A stretch of 59,202 bases of DNA, filler included, from Basidiobolus ranarum (GCA_040143965.1; 2 parts of 2 records of this genome joined end to end with filler, not necessarily neighbours in it); one strand, 5' to 3'. Positions 39,741 through 54,508 are shown, counted from the whole stretch's first letter. The notes: a model not told the origin generated them from the letters alone. Made by a program: numbers and translations.

Positions 39741-40929
39741 ATGCCTTCTGCTTTCAGCGCCGTTCGTTTGAAGGTTCAATTGAAACTTACAGTGAACCGA
39801 CTCAAGATGTTGCAAGCGAAGAAGAAGTCATTAAACAACAAAATGCGTAAAGAACTGGCTTTGCTACTAGAAGCGGGAAAAGAAGAGAGCGCCAAGATTA
39901 GAGTAAGTGAAATAGTTTTTCGATGGGAACATTTGACTTATCTCTTAACTCTTATTTATTTCAGGTAGAGAGAGTTATCTTGGAAGATTTTCACACTGAA
40001 GCTCTGGAGATTTTGGAATTATATTGTGAATTGTTGCTGGCCAGATTTGGTTACATCGAACAGATCAAGTATGTGATTCTTACACTACTTATCATGTCAC
40101 ATTATCTTTTGCTCGTATTAAAAGAATCGTCCTAGTCAATGTGATCCAGCCATTCTTGAGGCTGTCCACACAATCATCTATGCTGGTACTCGTATATCGG
40201 AGGTTAAAGAGTTTCTATCCGTATGTTCATTTTATCAGCATTACTTTTAGTTATAACTAGCCTGACCTGAATTAACTCTCTTTAGGTACGTGACCAATTT
40301 GCCGCCAAATATGGGCGGGAGTTTGTCGTTACAGCTCTAGATAATAGAGATAGCACTGTGAACCCAAGGGTTTGTACTTTATTAATCGCAATAATATCAC
40401 TTGTCAAATACTGATCTGTTGGAATATAGATCATTCATAAACTACAGGTCCATACTCCTGAGCCCTTCTTGGTAAATCAGTATCTTCTAGATATAGCGAA
40501 AGCATACAATGTTGATTGGAAACCAGACGATGAAAGCCTAGTAAGTCATCTCTCTGATCGAGGTTTATAAATGAATTCGACCATTAATACTTGATAGATA
40601 TCAGATATGATAAGTAACTCAGAAGATCTCCTCCAAGATGTTCCAACTCTTTCTTCTACACAAATTGGCGATACCCAAGAATCTATCATTCCTCAAGAGA
40701 CTAAGAATCAGGTACATAATATGAAGGGTTTTGTTTCTGTGCAGAAAGTTGTATTCAAGTAAACTCTCCCTTTGATTAGGAAAATGATGAGCCAGAAATA
40801 CATCCCGATTTTCCTCAGACGCCCATCAGCCATCCGAATGCTAGCTCCAATACAGAAACTCCAAAACCCAATGCATTACCAGACTTTGATGAATTGGCCC
40901 GTCGTTTTGAAGCATTGAAAAAGAGGTGA
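39741..40929 (+). CDS. IST1: ESCRT-III-associated IST1 homolog (multi-exon)
   Basis: LKVQLKLTVNRLKMLQAKK, GKEESAKIR|VE, ELYCELLLARFG, AKYGREF, and C-terminal MIM PDFDELARRFEALKKR*. Confidence 0.93.
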
Positions 40930-41004
40930 TCACTGTCTTAATGGCATCAGTTATTACTTGAGGTTTTGTTTCCTTTGTAAATACAGTGTCTGCGCCATTC
41001 ATTG

Positions 41005-41168
41005 CTGTATCATTCATAGTTAATTACGAAGAGTAGTAGATTTATCTGTATCATTCATAGTTAATTACGAAGAGTAGTAGATTTATCTGTATCATTCATA
41101 GTTAATTACGAAGAGTAGTAGATTTATCTGTATCATTCATAGTTAATTACGAAGAGTAGTAGATTTAT
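41005..41168. repeat. Minisatellite: 4 perfect copies of a 41-bp unit
   Basis: CTGTATCATTCATAGTTAATTACGAAGAGTAGTAGATTTAT at 41005, 41046, 41087 and 41128, with no spacers. Confidence 0.97.
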
Positions 41169-41323
41169 TGATGTGTTTGTGTGTATAAGAGTAAAAGTGT
41201 ATACCCTCATGTACCCATTTCCACTTGCCACTAGAACTGATTAATTTACATGGACTAGGTGACTTGGATTGATTTGAAAACGGTTTACTTGCAAATGATT
41301 TATTGGAAAATTCATATTCATGT

Positions 41324-42343
41324 CTACAGTAAAAATGGAATTATACACCACCGATCAACGGGGAATTCTTCGATATTGTTTAAATACCACCGCCTTAGAG
41401 TCAAAGTAAGGAATGTTAGTGATAGAGATAGAGGTGTAGAAGAGATACTATGTTAACTCTACCTAGTTTGGAAACCTCTAGATATCATGCTTGCGCTTAG
41501 AAATATCGTCACTGCAAATACCAGTGTAGTTCTGGCTATCAGTGCAAATCCAAACCAAGCGAAGCATTCGAAGCAATAATGTGGACAGACTACCCAACGG
41601 AACCAACCACGTTTAGGAACTCGATAGCTTCTTAGCACGTTGTACTTGCCTTTTCTAGGCCTTAACTCCATTAGAATCGAATGATGCCAAAGATTCCCTA
41701 ACCAGCTGTACATGATCAATGGTATGGGACATAATAATTCACTTAAGCCAATCTTACTATGATTGTTAAAGATTGAGTAGCAACAAGTAGTCGCTATAAT
41801 TGAATGATATACTGTCAAATATATCACGGAAAATTGGCAAAGGTTTCCTGCATATCTAGTATAAACACAATGTAAATAACCGCTTCTATTACCTAAAAAT
41901 GAAAGCCAATGTGAGCAATTTACCTATGTAAAAACAAGGTTTCCAACATTCGTTTCACGTAGTGTCCAAACAAAAATCCAAAAGTTGCTAAATGATATGA
42001 ATTACACCAGTCGCCATACTTGAAGTAAATGGTGAGCACAAGCATGGTAGGTACAAAGTGCGCTATAAACATTCCAGCTCGAGTGGTAATGGCCAAACGA
42101 TGAAAATAAGTTTTCCGAAATTTCCCATAAGGGGCGTTGAACTAAGATAAAAAGAGGTACAGAAATTGGTTGATATCAGTTAACACGTCAGTATATTAAT
42201 AAAATATGGTAGAAGCCCTTGATATACTTGCGGTAAGAAGCCTCTAGTACATCAAAATAGCATACCTTTCCTGTTCCTTCCAAATATACGATTATCCCAC
42301 TCAAGAAAATATAGCCAAGTGTGAGTGTGCCTTGAAAGCTCAT
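41324..42343 (-). CDS. Steroid 5-alpha-reductase / very-long-chain enoyl-CoA reductase family (4 exons)
   Basis: APYGKF, HYVKRMLETLFLHR, GNLWHH..L..LR, Y.VPKRGWFRWVVCPHYCFE and WY...IIPFLL*. Start uncertain. Confidence 0.85.
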
Positions 42344-43143
42344 CCCTCCAGGAGCTATAAATACGAGCTACGAGGGAGATGCTGCTGAAGTATTTCCACT
42401 CTATTTTCACAGCGAATTGGTTTCAATGGTATGCTGTCAAATCCGGCAAAGTGACAAATTATACTCAGGTGTAAAGAAGTAAATGATTTAAAGGTAGATC
42501 CACTATTTGTGTAATGGTTAGATTGGCGGAGTATGTGTGAGTGGAATAATTTTTGTTGCTTTAGGATACGTGTATAGTCGACATCAGTGTGACTTGTATT
42601 GGGGGAAATGAATAAGGATATTGAGAAAAATAGATCATTCCTAGATCTATTTCAATTCCCGTAGGAATATTGACACTGGGTTCAGCGAATCGAGTGTAGT
42701 ACCAATCTCCCCTGGCTTGTCACTTTGTACGTTGCTAGTTACTTGACGTAAATTGATAATTCTTAGCACTTGGCCAGAATCAAATCATGATTGGAATGGA
42801 TCCACCAGGAAGCCACACTCGGTCTGCAAGTCTCCTGGGTTGCTAATCTCTGATCTGATACCCAACACCCGATGTGATAAGTACTTTTGCGCAGGCAGTT
42901 GATAGGATTCGATTGTCCCTTGCTATGGTGAATTTATCTAATAGATCAATTATGTGTCACAGGTATCAAAGAACATAGTTACCTCCACCTATGACTATCT
43001 TTGATTGGATAAAAAATATCCATTTTAGCTTTCTGGAACAAGAAGGATCACCCATTTCTTCTAACCCTCAAAATTAAGATTCAATAAGAAGCAATTCTTT
43101 CAGTTGGTCCCATTTTTTTTGTCTTTCTACTATTGTGCACAAC

Positions 43144-45465
43144 ATGCGTCCGGAGAATCGTGGATTTCCTCCTAATAGAGCGAGAACTTTCAACAATAGA
43201 CAAAGAGAAAACCTAACTGGTTCAAACAGTGAAGAGATTGCCGTAAGACGACCTAGATTTCGTAACGACCAACAAAACCAACATAGTAGTAACAGAGACT
43301 TTAATGAGACGAATTATTTTCCACAAAACAGTGAACGTGGAAGACCTCGTTGTGCTCCTTCTAATTTTCAGAATAGAAGGGAGATAGATTTTAACAAGGT
43401 AGCTAATTGATATGAATCTTCAAAAGAGATCCTTCCTTCTCTTATATTACTGGTGCTACAGAGCAGACTTGTTTTTCGAAAGAATTATTTGAGTTAAACT
43501 TTGAGTCTATGCTCGTGTCGAAACCTTGACTCGAAATAGCGCTTTTTTCATATGAGCATGCACACTTGTACATATGTCTATATACTTTGGACTTTGAACA
43601 AGAGTTTTCTGGAAATCTCTACTCCCTCATCAACTTATTTATGAAACTCACCGTAAGTTTACCTTTTCAAGACGAAGCAACCTGAACGTGATTACAACAG
43701 AAACCGTAGAGGGCGTGGCTCTCAAAATTATAGAGGAGATGACCGTAGAAACAACTATTCGACGAACAATAGGCATGTTGATAAAATCATATTCATAAAT
43801 AGCCACAGATGTGCTCCGATATTCGAAATAGTTTTGTTAATTCCGACCTGATATTCTAGGAGATACGAAACAAAGGAGAGACCTCGTGATGTTGAAGATA
43901 ATCTACCTCACAATGAGACGACAAAAAAAGTAGAATCGTTACATTTGAAAGAGAATACGCCTGTTGAACCCGATCCAGAAAAACCTAACGATGCTCACGA
44001 AGGTAAAGAGATAAATACCAAACAGCACGAGAAAGCTCAGGTATATGAAAATGTTCAGCATAAGCATTCGACAAAGGATGAGTCCCATTCGAATTTAAAG
44101 GTTTCTGCTTTCGACGAACCTGAGGATGTAATTTCTTTCCATGCTGACGAAGAAGATGAGATGCTTCTTTACGGGGATGATTCCGACGATGAGGAAATAG
44201 AGAGCAGTTCTCACACACCATCCAATACTAATTCCCATTCTGATGAAACTAACCAACTCTCTGTAAAGAACCCAAATGGGGTTAAAAGTACCACAGAGAA
44301 AGAACCTACGGTAGTGGAGAATAAACCGAAATCGGCACTTGTAAGCGAGAAGAAATGTCAAAGGGAGAATATTAAAGAGGATTTGAAAGAAACAACTGTG
44401 AAGGAGACAGTAGTTAGCCATAAGGAAGATACCACTCTCACAAAACGCTCATCGAGTCGCGACTCGAATCAATCTCATAAGAGATCACGAACCAGCTCAC
44501 CCATTCCCCAGCCATGGACAAAAGTTTATTCTAGTAAAGGTGAATTATATTTTTATAACCCAGACACAAATGAGAGTCGTTGGACTATTCCCGAATTCAA
44601 GCCTGCAGATCAACACGAAAGACAAGCAAAGCACGATTTGTGTACTCCCAGCGATTCCCTCAAACGCTCTCCTACATCACGAGATTATGACTGGGAGAGA
44701 AGATCTAATAGACATCGGGGAGGGGATTCTTGGCGTCCAGAGGAGCGCAAAGCGAATGATCTTGCAGACTTACATCGAAATTCTGGGGATAATTCGGCGA
44801 TAAAAGAAGAGAAAGGTAAATTTTCTGATACAAAAGCTCAAACAATTTGGTCCGATCGCATAGCGTCTAAGCTCGTGTATTCCGATTTTTGGAAAAGCCC
44901 CCTTCTCGCGGGATGATAGATATGGATCCAACAAACCTGAACGTAGAGATCGCCGTCAGAACCAGGCCGATGTCTACCGTCCTTCACAGTCGTTTACTCT
45001 GCCATATGAAGATCGCCACTTTTCTAGGCGCTCTGGTCGAAATTCTCGAGAGCATTCCATTGGTATTGTAACAACTTTCACGTATCGCTTCATTTATGAT
45101 CCAATGCTGACCATCGTATATCTTACGCGTCAGATCGCACACAAGATGCTCCTTTTCGGTCTGATAGTAGGATGGACCAAAGATTTACAAACCAACCATT
45201 TCGCCAATATTCACCTCAACGTCGTCTCCCCGATCGAAAAACCTCTCGTGGATCCTCTAACGACATACCTATCACTGAGCATTTAACCAGGACAAACTCG
45301 TATGAATCCCGAGAGAGGAGAGGACGTCCAAATTTTGAACCAAGGTCTGACTTTAAGGACCCTTCAATTAGGAACCCTGGTGGGGATTTTTATGGTCGGT
45401 CACAACATAGTGAGCCTCAACACTGGCGATACGCTCCAAGGACAGAAGGGGAACATAGGAGATAG
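43144..45465 (+). CDS. Low-complexity Arg/Asp-rich WW-domain protein (multi-exon)
   Basis: PIPQPWTKVYSSKGELYFYNPDTNESRWTIP is a WW domain; flanking R/D/N-rich exons. Internal exon boundaries partly uncertain. Confidence 0.75.
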
Positions 45466-45854
45466 CTGGTGGGCTAGTAATCAAGTTTGTCTCATTCGCT
45501 GATCGATGCTTTTATTCTTGATTCTTTTGCATGCAACTTGCTCATCGAAGTAAGATAAACTGAAAGCACACTTCATACATATAAATATATTCCGCGTTTA
45601 TTACATAAATCCTTTCAACCAACTTCAATAATCTCCATTGGCTTATGTTTCGTTGATGTTGCCGACCTTCAGTAAAAAGTATGGTCATATCTATATATTA
45701 TATATTCCTCATCCGAAAAAGTAATCAACTTCTCCAGAATAAACCATCATTTTCATTTCACCTTTGCTCACATGACCTAGTGACGTATAGACTACTTAGA
45801 GTATAGAATTAATATATGGGCCTGATACCCCAGTCTATAGTGGTATTTGAAACA

Positions 45855-46046
45855 ATGTCAAGCACCCCAAGTCTCGCTATGGACGACGAGCTCTGTCTTG
45901 TGTGCAAAAAGCTACCTATTAGTTACGCACCGCGCTCATGTGGATGCCCTACTCTATGTAAGAAATGCGCCATGAAACAAGCTACTGGCGGTAAATGTCG
46001 TAAATGTGGTGAGTTCTTCGCCGAATTGAAGAAGATTAGAGATTGA
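45855..46046 (+). CDS. Tiny RING-like zinc-finger protein (63 aa)
   Basis: C-x2-C-x11-C-x-C-x3-C-x2-C-x9-C-x2-C pattern; ACAATG start context. Confidence 0.7.
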   Translation: MSSTPSLAMDDELCLVCKKLPISYAPRSCGCPTLCKKCAMKQATGGKCRKCGEFFAELKKIRD

Positions 46047-46228
46047 ACCAAATGGGTGAACAAGAATTCCTAAATATCGCACTACAGTCAACATACTAAG
46101 CCCATCTATATCAGCTTTCATCTCTTTTTATTTATATCTTCAGAGTTTTGTTATTATGACGGCAAGAAATCTTTCGAAAATAAATGCTACCTCTCAGTAT
46201 TTGCTTTTATAATACATGAAATACTGTT

Positions 46229-47059
46229 TTAAAAGTACTCTTTACAATATTCGTCTGCCTCGACGTAACTATCTAACCCACCAATATCTAACCTACCAGT
46301 GATGGGTACTGAATGAATGGTGGTTTTTTTGTAAAGCCATTTTATAAGATTACCAGGCGCATCAGTTGCCTCTTTTGATACCCGTTGTTGACTCATCTCA
46401 GCTAGAAACAGCTTGATAAGCTTTAAGTCCTCTTTTTTGAACAAGTAAAAGCAAGGGCAAGCGAATCTAGAGTTTGTCTCATCCAGTTTAGGTTTCTCCA
46501 AGAAATTGGAGATACAATTAGAGTTATCTAGCTCCAATATACCATTTTTCTGAGTATCGGTGACGACGTAATGAGTAGTCAAAGAGGTCTTAAAAGTTGA
46601 AAAATGTGTAAAAAAATTTTCAAGTTCAAAGTCCTTTAACAATAATATATCAGCACCAATAACCAAAGTATTCTCCAAACTTCCATAAGAATTAATAGAA
46701 AGTTCCAAGTCTTTAACCGCTCCCAAACGTGTTTCATTAGTGAGTGTATGATTGTTGAAGATATTTTTACGGGGGAAGTTGTGTTTACTCGCCCAGTCTT
46801 GGAACCTTGTATGGTGTGTTTCGTTAGTTATTATATACACATTATCGAGTTTGAACTTCAACGATGTAGTCGATGACTTTTCAAATTGCTGAAGCAATTC
46901 CCACCAACGAGTGAGTAAAGCGTCATAGTTTCCAAGCGGTACCAAAGCTTTAGGTAGTCCAAGCAAAGAGCTATATTTTCCGGAGATATCCTGCTCTATA
47001 TCTCTCTGTAGTCTAGTTCCGTACCCAGCACTTAAGAATATCACTTTCAAGGAGCACAT
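46229..47059 (-). CDS. Sugar-1-phosphate nucleotidyltransferase family protein, intronless
   Basis: LSAGYGTRL...LPKALVP, RLGAVKDL, VIGAD, FLEKP and LDIG. Confidence 0.85.
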   Translation of the reverse strand: MCSLKVIFLSAGYGTRLQRDIEQDISGKYSSLLGLPKALVPLGNYDALLTRWWELLQQFEKSSTTSLKFKLDNVYIITNETHHTRFQDWASKHNFPRKNIFNNHTLTNETRLGAVKDLELSINSYGSLENTLVIGADILLLKDFELENFFTHFSTFKTSLTTHYVVTDTQKNGILELDNSNCISNFLEKPKLDETNSRFACPCFYLFKKEDLKLIKLFLAEMSQQRVSKEATDAPGNLIKWLYKKTTIHSVPITGRLDIGGLDSYVEADEYCKEYF

Positions 47060-47977
47060 TATGAGTATAGTGTATATAGGAAGTACGAAATGATAATAAC
47101 CGCATAGATTAATATCCTGACGATCAAGCGAATCCCAGAAATTGGAAGATACTTACTCCGAGACAAGGTATCATATTTTCTTGGTAAATATGGTGAACTG
47201 TAAAATCCAAGTTATAGCTTCATGGTAAAAGATTCCCCAACACTTGCATGCATGGGTTCCACCAACTGTCAAAGACAGTATTTTAATAGAATATGGCTGT
47301 CAAAACGTATTCTGTACTAATTTGAGAAGTGAAACCTAAACACCAAGTGAATTGTTGATGGAAATATCAAAGGATAAAGCCCTCAAGCTGTCAAAAGGTG
47401 AGCTAAATTTAGAGATGGTTTCAGTAGCTGTAACCTAAAACCCAACATCTAAATTGGATTCGAGTTCCACGGCAATGTCGCACTTAGGCATGTCACCTCT
47501 CTACTAACTCGATCACACTAGGAAAAGACTACTGGGTAAGCAAGTGCAGCTGGGTAATACTAGTTCTTTATTGGCCAATACTACTCATATGCTAAATTAA
47601 CACATGGTGGTTTGAAAGGTAAGCCTCTGATATTCCCACGTAAATCCCTAGTAAACTTCACCAACCTCAGCAATATATCACCTTTCGACTGAGGTATCTT
47701 TTTAGCAGCCTGTTGCTGCCTTATTTGGCTAAAATGGCCTAGATGAAGACTGGCTTTCTTACGCTTTCCTACTTGACACCAAAGTATTGTCAGATTTGGT
47801 CATTCGACATTTTCAACCAATAATATATTTTATGTAACTCCTCGAAATCGAGGTATAAAAGGAACTTTGGTGCTTTGTGAATCGAAACTTTCATTTGTTC
47901 TTTTTGATAGTGTTCTTGTGCTCGATTCACTATCTATTCTACTTTTTGGTTGCACTTGGATTCTACGTTAGCAAAGC

Positions 47978-49035
47978 ATGTCTACAACCGCTGGAACCGT
48001 CTCTATCTCTCCCGTTACTCTTCCAAAGAATGAATCTGCCACCAAAAAGTAGGTTTCCACGCTTCTTTAGCATATTGGGAATATCATTTTGACCCTTTGC
48101 ATCACTTGTAGACTTGTTTTAAAACTATTTAATGGTGCTATTGCCGGAGTGGTTGGTACCTTGATTATCTATCCATTGGATATGGTGAAAACGCGTTTAC
48201 AAAGTCAAAAGCCCGATGCGTTTGGGAATCTTCGTTACAAAGGAGGGTATGTACTGCTCTTTATTTGTGTTTTTAACGCGTATACTAAAGGTTTTTTTTC
48301 TTAAATAGAGTTCATTGTTTCAAAACCATCGTCCAAGCTGAAGGAGCTCGTGGTTTATACCGAGGTTTGGTGCCAAATCTTATTGGTATTACCCCTGAGA
48401 AAGCTATCAAACTTGCAGTGAACGACTACGCTCGTGAATATTTGGCAAAATCAAATAATGTAGACCCAGAACACCTTCCAATTCACTTGGGAATGCTAGC
48501 AGGTGCCACCGCAGGATTTTGTCAAGTAATTGCAACCAACCCAATGGAAATTGTTAAAATTCAAATGCAAGTTGCCGGTGCTGACTTAAAACCAGGACAA
48601 CCGAGAGCTACTGCGATCCAAGTAGTTCAGAAGTTAGGTCTAAGAGGGGTATATAAGGGTACTCCGGCCACATTACTTAGAGATGTGCCATTCTCTATTC
48701 TATTCTTCCCATCCCACGCATACTTGAAAACCCTATGTGCTGACTCGAATGGAAATGTTTCCTTCCCAGCTGTATTTGGGTCTGGAATTGTGGCTGGTGT
48801 CTTCGCTGCTGGTGCAGTTACTCCTGCTGATGTGATTAAAACCCGTTTACAAGTTGCCCCCAAACCTGGAGATCCCGTTTACCGCGGTTTCGCTCATTGC
48901 TTCAAGGAGGTTGTACGCAACGAAGGTCCTGCAGCACTCTTCAAGGGAGTTGTACCTCGTTGTATGATTGTAGCACCATTGTTCGGCTTCGCTCTACTTA
49001 CCTATGAAGCTCAACAACGGTATCTCAAAATCTAA
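47978..49035 (+). CDS. Mitochondrial carrier, glutamate or aspartate-glutamate carrier-like (3 exons)
   Basis: Three PxD/ExxK motifs (YPLDMVKTRLQ, NPMEIVKIQMQ, TPADVIKTRLQ), plus PEKAIKLAVND and RDVPFS. Confidence 0.9.
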
Positions 49036-49299
49036 ACTCTAACACCCACAACATCATCATTATGAGGTTATTGTAAAGTCCAAAGTAATCTTTCTCATCT
49101 ACCAACATTGAAAGGAATTCACATTGTCCAAATCATAGAACTTCCACATAATAGAGTCCTCTCATTCATCACTTTGACTCGATTCTTAACCAGCATTCAC
49201 TTATGGCCGCCACTTAATAGTAACATACCCTTGATTTGTTCATTTTGTTCACCTAATATACTCGTCATTTCATTTTCTTTGTGAGAACATATATACATC

Positions 49300-50202
49300 T
49301 TATTTTATTGTGATTTCCCGTTTAGACATGGACGAGATCTCTATCTCCACGTGTTCCGAACGGTTTCTGTAGGAGTTATGGTTGATCTCCAGTGTATTGG
49401 GGGCTGGTTGAACATCAGTTCTTCGCACATTGTAAGAGGTCCGACATTGCTGAGTGGTAAGTAGGGAAAGGAATATCCCTAAAAAGAAAAGGATTAGATT
49501 GAAGAATTCATTGTCAGTAATCGAATTGGATTTACATAAAGCATGAAGTAATACTCCAGATTGAAGGACCCTCAGAATCTGTAAGATAAGCACCAATATA
49601 GTCACCAGTGTGATTAAAATGAGAGAGATAAAACCATCCCGAATGAGTACTTTAAATATGGGTGATGAACTAACTTTGGCATATTTGTACATGGAAAGGA
49701 CGGTCATCGAAGCCAAGAAAACGATAATACATGTACTGTTGGTCAGTAATAAGATGATGTAAATGTCACTCGTTACCCAAGAGCAATTCCCTTGTGAATT
49801 CGCGAAGATATTTCGAGTGTTCTTCAGCATGAATACCTCAACCATTATATGGGATACTTGGGAGAATCCAAATATTCCTTGTATAAGTCGAGCATGTCGA
49901 TTGATACACACTGATCTCAAATATACAAGTGTAAGCACCAACGTAACTGATGTGAAGGCCATAATATTGTACGTGTAAAAGTAGATGGTGCAGTTTGGTT
50001 GGTAGCTAAATAATCTTATGCCAAGATTTATGAACCCTGTGCAGAGTAGTAGCAATGATTGTACTAAATTTATCTTGTAGATAAGCGCTCGGTCTCCTAT
50101 CACCATTCTTATCGAGTCATATACGTCTCGAACGACTGGAAGGAAGGTAAATGTGACGAGTAAGAACTCTACCCGATCATTTATCATCGCGTCTTGGTTC
50201 AT
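49300..50202 (-). CDS. Multi-pass (about 7 TM) membrane protein, receptor-like
   Basis: About 7 hydrophobic segments, extracellular Cys pair, LIRDG before TM6; probable 57-nt intron at 49479-49535. Confidence 0.65.
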   Translation of the reverse strand: MNQDAMINDRVEFLLVTFTFLPVVRDVYDSIRMVIGDRALIYKINLVQSLLLLCTGFINLGIRLFSYQPNCTIYFYTYNIMAFTSVTLVLTLVYLRSVCINRHARLIQGIFGFSQVSHIMVEVFMLKNTRNIFANSQGNCSWVTSDIYIILLLTNSTCIIVFLASMTVLSMYKYAKVSSSPIFKVLIRDGFISLILITLVTILVLILQILRVLQSGVLLHALCKSNSITDNEFFNLILFFLGIFLSLLTTQQCRTSYNVRRTDVQPAPNTLEINHNSYRNRSEHVEIEISSMSKREITIK

Positions 50203-50999
50203 GATATGTTTTGGATGGTATATATATGGTCAAATACCCTAGGTAAAGAATACAAATCTGGGAAGTTTGATGTTAAAGGGAACGACAAAGAGAAAAAGGT
50301 CCACGTAAAATACTCGTTGAGGGCGTAGTTACTCTCCGAAATATGGGGGAGGTGGTGAATATATGGTCAGAGAAGCCGCCATGTCACGATCATTTACTCA
50401 TTAAAGTGGCAGAAATATGCCCAATGAAGCTTAGAGAAGCCGTTGCTTCAAAGTCCCGATCTTCACCTAACTCATGAAATCCAATGGTTCTCCTACGTTT
50501 CATCCAAGCTCTCATGCAGCTTCCCAAACACATCATATCCACCCTAAAATGGCTTAGGGTTTGAACTGATCTGATTGATTGAAGCGCCACGTTCGAGCCA
50601 ACATTCCAAGCGGTCGTTATGTTTGGTTAGCAAAATGAACTAATTCATGGCATGATTTTACTCCCAATAAGCAGTACTTGTTCGGTAATAAAAAATCATA
50701 ATAATTGCGGATGGTTTCCAAGCTTACAGAATAGAAGCGAATATTCAAGATTAAAGTAAATTACTTTAATAAAATTGAAATCTCACATTAAAAAATCTCT
50801 TGACTGAGATTATGTACAAATGTGATAGATAGCAGGTAATTAGTGTAACTTAAGGGAATTTAAGGAACGCATTTGAAAGCTAACGAAGAGTTCCTCATAT
50901 TTATATCTATAATACTAAGGAGGTTTGGAGAGAGCCGGAGTAAAGATGAAGATGGTGGGCAATGGGTAATGGGTAATGGGCGATAGGTAATGAATTCTC

Positions 51000-53347
<2,348 letters not shown>

Positions 53348-53881
53348 GACTTACTTGAATACCTTCTAAGAGTTGGGTCTCGAAACTGGAATTTTTCTAC
53401 TATTAACTACGAGACCACTAAAAAAAAGTGGATTTTTTTTCGCCGTCGATCATAAATAGCGTATATGCTGTGACTTGAAAAAAGTGATTTATCGAAATAT
53501 AAATTTATATCAATCAATCTGTTAACCAACCAACACCTTCAAATATAGGTTAAATTCGGGATATTCGAATTAATTAATGTGTTCAATAAACGGATTTATC
53601 AAACCAACTCGCACGAACCAGGTGATCCTGCTTACTCTCCAGCTTGGATAAAAAATCAATCAATATCTATGGTAGGTACAAATATATATATATGGTTGCA
53701 AAAAGTTCATTTTATTTTCAATATAGTTATTTTGCTCTATATGAATCACTCTGTGTAGTTAATGATATGTACTATCTGAGGTACGTTCTTTTACGTTCAT
53801 GGTCTATCTATAAAGAAATCGAGTTAGATATTCGTTGCCTTTATATATACAACATAGTCAAGAATGTAAGAGTGTTCAGGT

Positions 53882-53971
53882 AGTTCAGACATCCAAGGAA
53901 GATAATACCAGCATCGGATCTTTCGATCCTTCGGTGAAAACTGCGAATTGGTATGGTTGTTCATCATTTGG
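53882..53971 (-). ncRNA. U14: U14 (snR128) box C/D snoRNA, copy 3 in transcription order
   Basis: Box C AUGAUGA, domain A AUUCGCAGUUU, domain B CUUCCUUGGAUGU directly before box D CUGA; both domains complement conserved 18S rRNA. Confidence 0.93.
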
Positions 53972-54177
53972 ACCTCGTACATGCTTACAATCTATACTAT
54001 TTCACTCTCTAAACATTGTAGTGCCTGAAGTGAGAAGAATTCTGGAGCTGGGTTCATTTTATTTACATAACAATCTTGCTCATGTCTAAAGAGAAGTGGT
54101 AACATGTTATTAGTTTTTTCCATTACAACATTCGAATTCAGGCTCGAACCCGTCAGAATGTTAGTGTGTGAATATCT

Positions 54178-54268
54178 AGTTCAGACATCCAAGGAAGATA
54201 ATACCAGCATTGGATCTTTCGATCCTTCGGTGAAAACTGCGAATTGGTATTGCTTTTTCATCATTTAG
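54178..54268 (-). ncRNA. U14: U14 (snR128) box C/D snoRNA, copy 2
   Basis: Same C, A, B and D elements; GGAUC-GAAA-GAUCC hairpin. Confidence 0.93.
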
Positions 54269-54508
54269 ACGCCACACACTTTTACATTCTAGACCAGCTC
54301 AGCTTATAAGCAGTGTGATGGAATGTGCCTTACCTAAGAATCACTGACTGAAGAAAACTTTGACAATGCAGACTGTGGTTTTTATCATTACAACGAATAT
54401 CTAGAGTAGCAATAAGATATTAGTCAATGTGATTCGACAAACAATTGAAGTATCAGCTATGAATAGAACAGGAAACAGTAAAGACACTATTGTAGTAGCT
54501 TTCATTGG

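Noticed and set aside
41005-41168. 41-bp repeat as a CRISPR array
   Set aside because: Copies are directly adjacent with no unique spacers, and the context is eukaryotic.
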